From Acidimicrobiia bacterium (lineage in GTDB: Bacteria > Actinomycetota > Acidimicrobiia > Spongiisociales > UBA5794), in assembly GCA_030431785.1 (NCBI GenBank), contig JAUIIM010000001.1, forward strand, positions 3,323-67,322: 64,000 nt of DNA. Reading direction: 5' to 3'. Both the position numbers and the translations under genes were made by a program. The notes beneath the pieces are model-generated. The model saw nothing but the letters and a program-made list of their open reading frames with translations, searched no databases and was not told where the DNA came from. Shown here in pieces: positions 30,047-39,137 of the stretch (position 1 is its first letter; each line of letters begins with the position of its first letter).

Positions 30047-31021
30047 CTAGCTGCCTTCTCGATGCCCTCCGCGATACATCTCTGCAAGGGCTTGGGCCAC
30101 ATCGTGGCCGACTCGTCGGTCGAGGGTGCGTAGTGACAGGACGACGGCCGGAGCTCTGGTCTCTTTGAGGATGGGGAGGACTCGACCTGCGGGACGGACG
30201 ACGGCGAGGCGCGTCCCAAGATGTTCCGCGATTGCACGGCCCGCTTGCGATTCGCTGTGCTCTGAGCTGAAGTAGAAGATCCCTTCTTCGGACTGCTCGG
30301 CGATGGCAAAGCCGACGACGATGTCGACGTCCATCCGGCGGGACTTCTGCGCACGGAACAGTGGTGGGGGTGTGGTGTCCACGGAACGGCTGATCGTGGG
30401 CCGGCCTCCCATATTCTGGATGTCCGTTCTCGCCTCTGCCGCAGCAGACCAAGTCTGTGCCGCTTCCTCGGGCGAACGACACTCGGGGTCCAGATAGATG
30501 TGCTGTCCGGCGATCGAGCGGGGCAAGGTTTCGAGCCATTGGCGCTCCCGCACGGCTTCGCGGCCCTGCTTCTGCGTTGCCATGTCGACGAGCCTGAGTT
30601 CCTCGGCGACGGTGACGCCAGCAATACCATCCTCGGCCATGTGACGGTTGTGCTGAAAGTCGAGGAGTCCCTTCAACGTGTCAGGCCCGAAGACGCCGTC
30701 GACTTTCCCACTGTCGAATCCGAGCGAGTTCAGGCGGGCCTGGAGCTCGGCGACGTCGTCGCCCCGCATCATCGGCACACGGTGGTACAGCATTCGGTCT
30801 CCGAGCCGGTAGCCGGCTTCGACGAGCGACTTCCAGGTTTCGGGTCCGACGATGCCGTCGGGAGGGATGCCCCGCGACGACTGGAACTCGAGAACGGCAT
30901 CGAAGGTTGCGGCACCGAAGACGCCGAGTTCGTCTGGCGCACATTCAAACCCGAGCGCGGCAAGACGCTCCTGGACATCACGTACAGGTGCGCCTCGGTC
31001 GCCTTGGTGGTAGAGCCTCAC
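30047..31021 (-). CDS. cwlM: CwlM-like N-acetylmuramoyl-L-alanine amidase with two peptidoglycan-binding domains
   Basis: Two PG_binding_1-like repeats (VQERLAALGF...DGIVGPETW; LQARLNSLGF...DGVFGPDT) followed by an amidase_3-like C-terminus; conserved actinobacterial position next to trxA/trxB. Confidence 0.75.
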   Translation of the reverse strand: MRLYHQGDRGAPVRDVQERLAALGFECAPDELGVFGAATFDAVLEFQSSRGIPPDGIVGPETWKSLVEAGYRLGDRMLYHRVPMMRGDDVAELQARLNSLGFDSGKVDGVFGPDTLKGLLDFQHNRHMAEDGIAGVTVAEELRLVDMATQKQGREAVRERQWLETLPRSIAGQHIYLDPECRSPEEAAQTWSAAAEARTDIQNMGGRPTISRSVDTTPPPLFRAQKSRRMDVDIVVGFAIAEQSEEGIFYFSSEHSESQAGRAIAEHLGTRLAVVRPAGRVLPILKETRAPAVVLSLRTLDRRVGHDVAQALAEMYRGGHREGS

Positions 31022-31045
31022 AGCCTCATGCTGGCAGACGCGCTG

Positions 31046-31372
31046 CTAGTTGGTGAAGTCCTTGAGCTCTGACGCCAGTTGGGCCTTCGAGCGAGCTCCG
31101 ACGAGTCGACGCTTCTCTTCGCCCCCTTGGAACACGATCAGCGTAGGGATGCTCATCACGGAGTAGGCCGCTTGGAGCGACGGGTTCTCGTCGATGTTCA
31201 GCTTTGCGATGGTGAGCTTGCCGTCATAGTCAGCGGCGAGTTCCTCGAGCGGACCCTCCATCGCCTTGCACGGACCGCACCACTCGGCCCAGAAGTCGAC
31301 GAGCGTCGGTGTGTCCGAGGCGATGACCTCGTCGAAGCTGCTTTCGGTAACGGTCTTCGTGTTCTGACCCAT
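31046..31372 (-). CDS. trxA: thioredoxin
   Basis: WAEWCGPCK; ATG 31372 with GAAGGAGAA RBS (the track ORF is over-extended). Confidence 0.9.
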   Translation of the reverse strand: MGQNTKTVTESSFDEVIASDTPTLVDFWAEWCGPCKAMEGPLEELAADYDGKLTIAKLNIDENPSLQAAYSVMSIPTLIVFQGGEEKRRLVGARSKAQLASELKDFTN

Positions 31373-31427
31373 GGGTTCTCCTTCTCTTGGTGACCAATCG
31401 ATGAACGGTGATCGGCCACGAGTCTCT

Positions 31428-32348
31428 TCAGTGTTGTGATTCGAGCCAGCGTTCGGCGTCAAGGGCCGCCTGGCACCCGAGACCCGCGGCCGTGATCGCT
31501 TGCCGGTAAACCTTGTCTGTGACATCTCCCGCGGCATAGACGCCCTCGACCGATGTGCGTGTCGTTCCCGGCGCTACGAGGATGTAGCCGGCTTCATCGA
31601 GATCGATCTGATCGGCGAACACCTTCGTGTTCGGGTTGTGGCCGATCGCCACGAATACACCGTCGGTCGCGAGTTCACTCGTCTCACCCGTCTTGATGTT
31701 CTCGAGCTTGACCCCCTCGACGACGGTCTCACCGAAGATCTCGGTGAGCACCGTGTCCCAGATGACTTCGATCTTCGGATGGTCGAGCACGCGCTGGGCC
31801 ATGATCGTCGACGCTCGGAATTCGTCGCGGCGGTGGATGACGGTGACCTTCGAGGCGAACTTCGTGAGGAAGAGGGCTTCCTCCATCGCTGAATCGCCGC
31901 CACCGACGACGACGAGTTCCTTGTCCCGGAAGAAGAATCCGTCACAGGTGGCGCAGGCGGAGACGCCGAATCCGGTCAGGCGTTGCTCGCCTTCGATTCC
32001 GAGCCATCGTGCGGATGCACCGGTCGAGATGATCACTGACTCGGCCGAGTACTCGTCTTCTCCCACCCAGATCTTGAACGGACGCTCGGAGAAGTCGACC
32101 TTGGAGACATCGGAACTGAGGATCCTGGTACCGAAGCGTTCCGCCTGTTTCCTGATCTGTTCCATGAGTTCGGGACCCATGATCCCATCGGGGAATCCGG
32201 GGAAGTTCTCGACGTCGGTCGTGATCATGAGCTGGCCACCACGTTCGAACCCCTCGACCATCAATGGATCCAGGCCGGCGCGTGCCGCATAGATCGCAGC
32301 GGTCAACCCGGCAGGACCACTGCCGATGATGATCAACTTCTCTGTCAT
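31428..32348 (-). CDS. trxB: thioredoxin-disulfide reductase
   Basis: [23 protein letters not shown] motif and CATCDG redox-active disulfide; start at MTEKLIIIG (32348). Confidence 0.9.
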   Translation of the reverse strand: MTEKLIIIGSGPAGLTAAIYAARAGLDPLMVEGFERGGQLMITTDVENFPGFPDGIMGPELMEQIRKQAERFGTRILSSDVSKVDFSERPFKIWVGEDEYSAESVIISTGASARWLGIEGEQRLTGFGVSACATCDGFFFRDKELVVVGGGDSAMEEALFLTKFASKVTVIHRRDEFRASTIMAQRVLDHPKIEVIWDTVLTEIFGETVVEGVKLENIKTGETSELATDGVFVAIGHNPNTKVFADQIDLDEAGYILVAPGTTRTSVEGVYAAGDVTDKVYRQAITAAGLGCQAALDAERWLESQH

Positions 32349-32653
32349 GAAGACTCCTGGTTGTTGCGGTCTTGCGGATAGCGGCGGATCCACAGGATGG
32401 CGCCACCGACCACAAGGAGGAGGCCGACGACTGCGTACGCGACCTCCACGCCCATAAGCGTTCCAAGGGCTCGGAATATTCCCACCAGAAGCCAGAACAC
32501 AGCCATGCAGATGGCGGTGAGCAGCACGATCGCAATCGCCGCCCAGGTGACGCCGACGGCGACCCGGTCGACCGTCATCTCGCGGATGCGCGTAGCGAGG
32601 TCTTCGAGAAGGTTTGCGACTCGTGCGGACAGTGGCGGTGTGGGTTCCGGCAT
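32345..32653 (-). CDS. small membrane protein (2 TM), hypothetical
   Basis: Start taken at MPEPTPPLS (ATG 32653); the N-terminal extension in the track ORF is low complexity; ATGA overlap with trxB. Confidence 0.5.
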   Translation of the reverse strand: MPEPTPPLSARVANLLEDLATRIREMTVDRVAVGVTWAAIAIVLLTAICMAVFWLLVGIFRALGTLMGVEVAYAVVGLLLVVGGAILWIRRYPQDRNNQESS

Positions 32654-32684
32654 GACCGGCAGACTAGTCGTGCGAGGGGTTCGG

Positions 32685-33515
32685 TTAGCGGTCGAGGTCG
32701 ACCACGGCGCAGGAGTCGAGATCGACCGCAAGGGTGGATTGGACGCCGTTCTGTCCGGCGATTCCGAGAACAACGACCTGACCGTCGCTACCAGTTCCGT
32801 CGTATGCCCCGAGTACGAACACGTCGGTCGTGTCCTCGGGGAGTGTCGGTGCCAGGAGTTCGAGACATGCCTCGATGGCGACCGGATCGAGCGAAACGCG
32901 AGACGAGTAGCCGATGTCCTCGATCGACTCCGCTGCCATCTCCTGCGAGTCGTCCTCGGCGGTCGCGCTCATCAGCTCCGCCGATGAGGTTCCGGAGAGA
33001 TCGGGCACGGAGATCCTGTCGTTCGTCGGCGACACCTCGACGATGCGCTCCAGGTCCTGTGGTGTGAACGGGACCTCCGACGGTGCAGAGCCTGCTTCTG
33101 CGCCGTCGTCACCTGTTGCTTCGTCGGTGGTGATCTCGGAGAACGCTGCCTCGTCGCCACCGGACCCGAGGGTGCCGGGGACGACGATCACGGCGACGAC
33201 TGCTGCGGCGGCTGCAAGACCGGTCATCGGCTTCCACCATCTCGCAAACAGGCCCGTCGACGCTGCACGGGGAGTTGCGACTGGCTCGTCGAGTGCGAGC
33301 TGTTGCGTGAGGCGCTGTCGGAGATCCGAGGATTCGTCGGCGGTCATCGCAACAGGTCCGAGACTGGAGAGTGTGTCAGACACGGAGACCTGTTCGGCGT
33401 AAGCCGTGGCGAATGCAGGGTCGGTCTCCAGACGCGCACGAGCCGCTGCCGCGTCATCCGGTGGCAGCGTCTGGTCGATGAGACCGATGATCAGTTCGAG
33501 GTCGCGGTCGTTCAT
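32685..33515 (-). CDS. anti-sigma factor (single TM), cognate of the adjacent ECF sigma
   Basis: ATGA-coupled to the sigma gene; one TM near residue 100; acidic extracytoplasmic domain; no zinc-finger motif seen. Confidence 0.55.
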   Translation of the reverse strand: MNDRDLELIIGLIDQTLPPDDAAAARARLETDPAFATAYAEQVSVSDTLSSLGPVAMTADESSDLRQRLTQQLALDEPVATPRAASTGLFARWWKPMTGLAAAAAVVAVIVVPGTLGSGGDEAAFSEITTDEATGDDGAEAGSAPSEVPFTPQDLERIVEVSPTNDRISVPDLSGTSSAELMSATAEDDSQEMAAESIEDIGYSSRVSLDPVAIEACLELLAPTLPEDTTDVFVLGAYDGTGSDGQVVVLGIAGQNGVQSTLAVDLDSCAVVDLDR

Positions 33516-34096
33516 GGTTCTCCGTCTACGTCTGTTGGATGCTCGGAGTCCGGATTCAGGTTCCCAAGTTTTCGGGCAAGCTGTTTGCGCGCTCGAAACA
33601 GGCGGCTCTTCACCGTGCCGCTCGGGACCTCGAGGATATCTGCGGCCTGCTCAACAGAAAGGCCCTGGAGATCGACGAGAACGACTGCTGCGCGGAACTC
33701 TTCGTTGAGGTCGTCGAGGGCAGCCTCGATACTGGGCCGCACGTCCACCGACTCGAACGCATCGCCTGCGGCGACGTCTTCGGGATCGTACGATTCGGGC
33801 AACTGGTCGGCCTGTTTGCGCTTCTTGCGGCGGAGGTGGTCGTAGCAGGTGTTCATCGCGACGCGGTACAGCCATGTGGAGAACGCTGCCTTTGCCTTGA
33901 AGCGGTCTGCCTTCCGGAACACGGTGAGGAACGTGTCCTGCGTTGCATCGAGGGCGGCTTCGCGATCTCGCATCATGCGCAGACAGATCGCAAAGACCCG
34001 GTCCTCGTGTGCATCCATCAGCTCGTTGAACGCGTCGATGTCGCCAGTGAGGTACCGGTCGATCAGCGCAACGTCGAGGTCGGCACGGTCTGTCAT
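33512..34096 (-). CDS. sigM: ECF RNA polymerase sigma factor (SigM-like by synteny)
   Basis: Region 2 (LYRVAMNTCYDHLRR) and region 4 (LSVEQAADILEVPSGTVKSRLFRARKQL). Confidence 0.9.
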   Translation of the reverse strand: MTDRADLDVALIDRYLTGDIDAFNELMDAHEDRVFAICLRMMRDREAALDATQDTFLTVFRKADRFKAKAAFSTWLYRVAMNTCYDHLRRKKRKQADQLPESYDPEDVAAGDAFESVDVRPSIEAALDDLNEEFRAAVVLVDLQGLSVEQAADILEVPSGTVKSRLFRARKQLARKLGNLNPDSEHPTDVDGEP

Positions 34097-34180
34097 CTCG
34101 GTGCGAGGTTAGGCGGGCCGGGGATCGGAGGACCGAGGAGCGTTGGAGAAGGACGTCGTCTGGCGGCATGCGAGAATGCC

Positions 34181-35470
34181 CTAGCCGCCAAACGATACGT
34201 CGTTGATGATGGCCTGATACGAACCGTCGGCGCGCTCAGGGAGATCGATGAGCCACAGTTGCCAGAGCCCGCCGCCGCGGACGGGAACTGGGAGCATCAC
34301 CTGGGATTCGAGGAGCGTGCCGCGAGCGATGTGCTCCCACTCTTCTGGATCGTCTGGGACGGCCGGCGCCCACCCGATGATGAAGGTCGTGCCCGGAGAG
34401 CCGCGGACACCGATGGTCGTGGGGGTGCCGTCGACGTCGAACACCAGCCCCACACCGTCCTTGAACTCTCGGATCGGCATGGAGTACGCCTCGGTCTGCC
34501 ACGTCGTACCGAGGTCGCCATCGACGACGCTGCCCACGGAATCGTCGCTCTCGGTTCCGTCGCCGAGAGGGTCGTAGACCTCGACCGACGCGGCGAGGCC
34601 ATCACCCGGATCTGGGCCCTCTACGACGATCGGTGCCGTCGTCGAGGACGAACTGCCTGAGTTGCCTGCGACGGGGTACAGGAACGGGGAGTCCGGGTCG
34701 AAGTCGGCAGCCAACCCGACCGCAGCGATCGCACAGATCAGGACGGTGATCACGCCGATGGTCGCAAGCGTGCGCCACGGTCTCGGGGCCGCCACCTCGG
34801 TCGGGGCCGACGACTTCTCGGCCTCGAGCTGGGCAGCCAGTGCGGTCGCGTCGAGGGTTCCGTCCATGGCAGCTGCCAGTGCCTCATCCACACCTGGCCC
34901 CACGCCTTCGAGCACGACCGAGGGCATGACCGTCTGATCATGCGATCCGGTCAGGGCCGCGCGGATCACCTCCGCCAGCGCCACCGTGTCTGCTGCCTGA
35001 TCCCTCCAGCGAGCTTCACGACCGAACGCACCGATCTTGGCCGGATGCGCCGCTGAGTAGTGGACGGCGGTGGTGTCGATGGCGCCGTGGACACCACCTG
35101 TGTCATGGAACCGAGCAAGCGCATTGCACAACCCGGCGGCGTTGCTGATGAACTCGCCGGGTGGGATCCCCTCGCCAGCGCGGATCCGGTCCTCGATGGT
35201 GACTCCGCCGTCCCACTCACTCACCGAATACGCGGATGCAGTGGTCTCAGCGGCGGCGAACACCTTCTGGAGGTGCAGCTCGGTGAGGGCTGCCGCAGAC
35301 CGTACGCCCGTCAGGAACTCGGTGTGGCGGTCATGGGATGCCTCCGGAGCGAGATAGCGGACCAGCACCGGACGATCGAGCGACGCATCCTGGGCGAGCC
35401 ATTCCTCGACATCCCCGTCACTTCCGAGCCGTATGTGAAGGCGGTATCGCTCAGGAAGCCGGGGGGGCAT
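34181..35470 (-). CDS. stand-alone pseudokinase - TM - extracellular domain protein (MviN/MurJ C-terminal module-like)
   Basis: N-terminus YRLHIRLGSDGDVEEWLAQDASLDRPVLVRYL mirrors a Ser/Thr kinase N-lobe, but the catalytic residues are substituted (VAIK Lys to Arg; HRD to HGA; DFG to AFG). Single TM, then an extracellular domain of roughly 190 aa. Confidence 0.75.
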   Translation of the reverse strand: MPPRLPERYRLHIRLGSDGDVEEWLAQDASLDRPVLVRYLAPEASHDRHTEFLTGVRSAAALTELHLQKVFAAAETTASAYSVSEWDGGVTIEDRIRAGEGIPPGEFISNAAGLCNALARFHDTGGVHGAIDTTAVHYSAAHPAKIGAFGREARWRDQAADTVALAEVIRAALTGSHDQTVMPSVVLEGVGPGVDEALAAAMDGTLDATALAAQLEAEKSSAPTEVAAPRPWRTLATIGVITVLICAIAAVGLAADFDPDSPFLYPVAGNSGSSSSTTAPIVVEGPDPGDGLAASVEVYDPLGDGTESDDSVGSVVDGDLGTTWQTEAYSMPIREFKDGVGLVFDVDGTPTTIGVRGSPGTTFIIGWAPAVPDDPEEWEHIARGTLLESQVMLPVPVRGGGLWQLWLIDLPERADGSYQAIINDVSFGG

Positions 35471-35472
35471 CG

Positions 35473-36207
35473 CTACTCAGCCCGGAGTACGGCCAACGTC
35501 TCCGGGAGGAGGACATACCCCTCACTGTCGTACAAGGAGATGGCCGGGGTGTTCTCTGCTTGCGTGTTGAGCAGCATTGCTTTCGACCCTGAACGCTTTG
35601 CCGCCCGTGCAGCCGCCCTGATGAGGCTTCGTCCCATGCCTTGACCTTGCCAGTCCGGATGCACGGCGACCCGTTGGAGGTACGAGATGGCGTGCCCGTA
35701 TCCGACGATCGCATAGCCGGTGCACCCGCCAGCACCGTCGGCGATGACGAACAGGTCGGCTTTCGCTGTGGCATTGAGCGCCTCAGCTATCGCCGTGCCG
35801 TCGAACTGCCAGAACGAGGCGAACGCTGCCATGTCGATTTCGAGCAACTCTGCGGTGGAGACCTCCCGGTCCCGGTGTACGAGGTGGTCGGGACCCGGGA
35901 TGTCTCGGTCGAGGGACAGACGAAGCAAGGCCAGGTCGATCGAAGGGACAAAGCCTGCTGCTTCCCACGCTTTGCGGGCCGACATCGCGAGTGGCGTGGA
36001 GAGGATTGCGGGTGCGCCCAGATCCCGGAGACGATTGACACAATCCTCCAAGAACGCCGAGCCGCCGCGGATCAGCCGGAGGTGTGCCTCCGGGTGCGAC
36101 GCGTTCCATGGACGCGCCTCGGACCGAGCCCAGCCGCGTCGAAGCGAGACGGCACCGGGCCAGGTACCACGTTGGAACACGCGATGTGAGGTGTCTGTCA
36201 GAGCCAT
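35473..36207 (-). CDS. GNAT family N-acetyltransferase
   Basis: C-terminal acetyl-CoA binding fold (QRVAVHPDWQGQGMGRSLI); start at MALTDTS (36207). The rest of the 531-aa track ORF is a shadow of the plus-strand HDAC gene. Confidence 0.75.
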   Translation of the reverse strand: MALTDTSHRVFQRGTWPGAVSLRRGWARSEARPWNASHPEAHLRLIRGGSAFLEDCVNRLRDLGAPAILSTPLAMSARKAWEAAGFVPSIDLALLRLSLDRDIPGPDHLVHRDREVSTAELLEIDMAAFASFWQFDGTAIAEALNATAKADLFVIADGAGGCTGYAIVGYGHAISYLQRVAVHPDWQGQGMGRSLIRAAARAAKRSGSKAMLLNTQAENTPAISLYDSEGYVLLPETLAVLRAE

Positions 36208-36261
36208 GGGCCCCCTCCGTCGGACTTGGCGCTGTGCCGGTAGCGTAGCGACCGTTGCGAG

Positions 36262-37299
36262 GTGCCTCATCCGTGGCACAATCAGACGATGCCTTTGCAT
36301 CTTGCGACGCACTCCTCCAGTTTGGAGCACCACACACCGCGAGGTCACCCCGAACGCGTCGATCGGATCACGGCGGTCACCGGGGCGCTGCGGTCGGGTG
36401 CGGTTGATGTCCTCGAGCTGGATGCTCCGAAAGTGCACGAGGACCTGCTTGCCTCCGTGCATTCCCGTTCCTATCTGGAGTCGGTCCGCACCTTCTGCTC
36501 CTCCGGAGGAGGGTCCCTCGATCCTGACACCTACGTCGTCCCTGCCTCCTATGAGGCAGCGCTCCACGCAGCAGGTGCAGGACCCGCACTCGTGAACCGG
36601 ATGCGAACCCATTCCGGCCCCGGATTCGTGGCGGTCCGCCCTCCGGGTCATCACGCCGAGCGCGATCGTGCGATGGGGTTCTGCTTGTTCAACAACATCG
36701 CAGTCACCGCCAAGTTCCTTGCGGAGATGGGTCAGCGGGTTGCGATCGTCGATTGGGATGTCCACCACGGCAACGGCACCCAGAACACCTTCTTCAAGGA
36801 TCCTTCCGTCATGTATGTGTCGTTGCACGAGTTCCCGTTCTATCCGGGGACAGGGTGGGTCTCTGAGCTTGGAGAAGGGGACGCCGTGGGGACGACGATC
36901 AACATCGCGCTCCCGAACGGCACCACGTCGACCGACTACCTGGCTGCGTTTCGACAGCTTGTGCTGCCTCCCGTTCGCCAGTTCGATCCGTCCTGGATCC
37001 TCATCAGCAACGGTTACGACGCCCACGTCGATGATCCACTCGGTGGCCTCCGGTTGGAGTCGGAGCACTACGGGTGGATGGCGGCAGCACTCTGCGACAT
37101 CGTCCCGAGTGACCGCATTGTCGCCTTCCTCGAAGGAGGCTACGACCTCGGTGCGCTTGAGAGCGGATCGATCGCTACTGCCCGGGGTCTACTCGGTGCC
37201 TATGGCGACTTCGAGCTCCCCGACGAGGTCGTCGGGCAGGCGCGGCGTGTGACCGACATGGCAGCCGACCTGATCTCCCGGCACTGGGATCTCGGTTAA
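36262..37299 (+). CDS. histone deacetylase/acetoin utilization (HDAC/AcuC) family protein
   Basis: PPGHHAE...GFCLFNNIA...DWDVHHGNGTQ...LEGGY motifs; the ATG at 36288 is an alternative start. Confidence 0.85.
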   Translation: MPHPWHNQTMPLHLATHSSSLEHHTPRGHPERVDRITAVTGALRSGAVDVLELDAPKVHEDLLASVHSRSYLESVRTFCSSGGGSLDPDTYVVPASYEAALHAAGAGPALVNRMRTHSGPGFVAVRPPGHHAERDRAMGFCLFNNIAVTAKFLAEMGQRVAIVDWDVHHGNGTQNTFFKDPSVMYVSLHEFPFYPGTGWVSELGEGDAVGTTINIALPNGTTSTDYLAAFRQLVLPPVRQFDPSWILISNGYDAHVDDPLGGLRLESEHYGWMAAALCDIVPSDRIVAFLEGGYDLGALESGSIATARGLLGAYGDFELPDEVVGQARRVTDMAADLISRHWDLG

Positions 37300-37362
37300 G
37301 GAGGGGCGAAGCTCCGCCGATACATCGGCATAGCACTGTTCGTCGCGAGAAAGCCACCCTCA

Positions 37363-38448
37363 ATGTCACAGGAAACCCCCACGCTCGAAGAGATGCTCGA
37401 GCGTTTGCTCAAGGTCGGGGGTTCTGACCTCCACCTGAAGGTCGGCTCACCTCCGACGTATCGCATCGACGGCTCGCTTCAGAGGGCCGATCTGCCGTCC
37501 CTTACCGCAGATCGCACCGAGCAACTCCTCGAAGCGATGCTTCCCGCACACCTCGAGCGTCCGGGTCCGGGCCACGACATCGACTTCTCCTGGGGACGGT
37601 CGGATCTCGGCCGGTTCCGCGTGAACTCCTATACACAACGCGGTTCGGTGAACATCGTCGTGCGCTCGGTTCCACAGGTGACAGAACGGTTGCCCGACCT
37701 CGGCCTTCCTCAAGCGGTTGCGAAACTGTGCAACGCCCAAAGTGGACTGATCGTCATCGCTGGTCCGACAGGTGCAGGCAAGACGACGACCTCCGCTGCC
37801 ATCCTCGACGAGATCAACCGGACGCGGCCGGCAAGCATCATCACGATCGAGGATCCGATCGAGGTCCTCCACACCGATCAGCAGTCGATCGTGTCCCAGC
37901 GCGAGGTCGGACTCGACATCGGTTCTCTCGCCGAGGGGATGCAGAGTGTCGTGCGCCAGGACTGCGATGTTGTCTACCTCGCAGAGATGCGGGACCGTGC
38001 AACCATCGAGGAAGCCCTCGTCGCGGCCGAGACCGGTCACCTGGTCATCACCACGATGTACACGATGGATGCGGTCGAGACCGTGCATCGCATCCTTGAC
38101 TCCTTCCCGCCGTACCTCGAGCGCCGCATCCGCCAGATGCTCGGGACGTCACTCACCGCGATCGTTGCCCAGCGGCTGCTGCCGAGCAACGACGGATCCG
38201 GGCGGGTACCCGCCGTTGAGCTGATGCTCAACACGGAGGCGACCCGAGATCGCCTGCTCGGTGTCGAGCCGATGGACACGTTGTACGAGACGATCGCGGA
38301 AGGCGGCTTCTACGGGATGCAGACACTCGACCAGGCGATCGTGCAGCTGTACGAGGCAGGAAGGGTCACGTTCTCGGATGCACTCATGTACGTTGCATCG
38401 CCACGCGAGTTCAAGCTAGCGACCGGTTCACTCACCTCCATGGGGTAG
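37363..38448 (+). CDS. pilT: type IV pilus twitching-motility ATPase PilT
   Basis: GPTGAGKTTT Walker A and PilT signature; about 360 aa. Confidence 0.9.
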   Translation: MSQETPTLEEMLERLLKVGGSDLHLKVGSPPTYRIDGSLQRADLPSLTADRTEQLLEAMLPAHLERPGPGHDIDFSWGRSDLGRFRVNSYTQRGSVNIVVRSVPQVTERLPDLGLPQAVAKLCNAQSGLIVIAGPTGAGKTTTSAAILDEINRTRPASIITIEDPIEVLHTDQQSIVSQREVGLDIGSLAEGMQSVVRQDCDVVYLAEMRDRATIEEALVAAETGHLVITTMYTMDAVETVHRILDSFPPYLERRIRQMLGTSLTAIVAQRLLPSNDGSGRVPAVELMLNTEATRDRLLGVEPMDTLYETIAEGGFYGMQTLDQAIVQLYEAGRVTFSDALMYVASPREFKLATGSLTSMG

Positions 38449-38534
38449 AAGACTCGATCTACGACCGCGAGCCTCGAGTGTTGCGGACCGAGACGAAGCA
38501 GGTCGTGCGCCGGTAGCGGAACTATCGTCCGTCC

Positions 38535-39137
38535 ATGCCTGATTTCTCTTGTGCCGATTGCGGCGACGGTTTCTCGCTGCCTCAGCACGTTCTCGACCGG
38601 TATCCGGGGTGGACACCCAACAAGTGCCGGTCGTGTCGAGACGCAAAGAAGACCTCGGCTACCGGTAGCCGCCCCCGGAAACCCGCCGAGATCGTCGATG
38701 ATCCACAGGAGGGCGTCTTCACCGACGGCAGCTCGGTCCCGAATCCTGGGCCGGGCGGCTGGGCGGCGGTTCGTGTCGTCGACGGGGTGGAGGTCGATTC
38801 GCTCTCCGGATCGCATCCGGACACGACCAACAACCGCATGGAGCTCGAGGCGCTCATTCACGCCGTGGACCTCGTACCCGAGGGCGAGTCGGCGACCATC
38901 TATTCCGACTCCAATCTTGCCGTGCAGACGATCAACGAGTGGGCCGCAGGATGGAAAAGGCGTGGGTGGAAGCGGAAGTCGGGACCCGTGGAGAACCTGG
39001 ATCTCGTAAAGGTGGCATTCGAGAAGTACCAGGAACGACCCGAGTTGGAGCTTGTGTGGATTCGTGCCCATGTCGGGTTCACATGGAACGAACGAGCCGA
39101 CGAGTTGGCCAACATGGCACGGGAGACCGGACGATGA
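38535..39137 (+). CDS. rnhA: ribonuclease HI with N-terminal CxxC...CxxC zinc-ribbon-like extension
   Basis: CADC...CRSC, then the RNase H fold (TDGSSVPNPGPGGWAAV; NNRMELEAL; YSDS; HVGFTWNERADELA). Confidence 0.8.
   Translation: MPDFSCADCGDGFSLPQHVLDRYPGWTPNKCRSCRDAKKTSATGSRPRKPAEIVDDPQEGVFTDGSSVPNPGPGGWAAVRVVDGVEVDSLSGSHPDTTNNRMELEALIHAVDLVPEGESATIYSDSNLAVQTINEWAAGWKRRGWKRKSGPVENLDLVKVAFEKYQERPELELVWIRAHVGFTWNERADELANMARETGR

Noticed and set aside
36208-37068. N-terminal two-thirds of the 531-aa minus ORF 35473..37068
   Set aside because: Only the C-terminal about 244 aa (GNAT) look protein-like; the upstream part is the antisense shadow of the HDAC gene.
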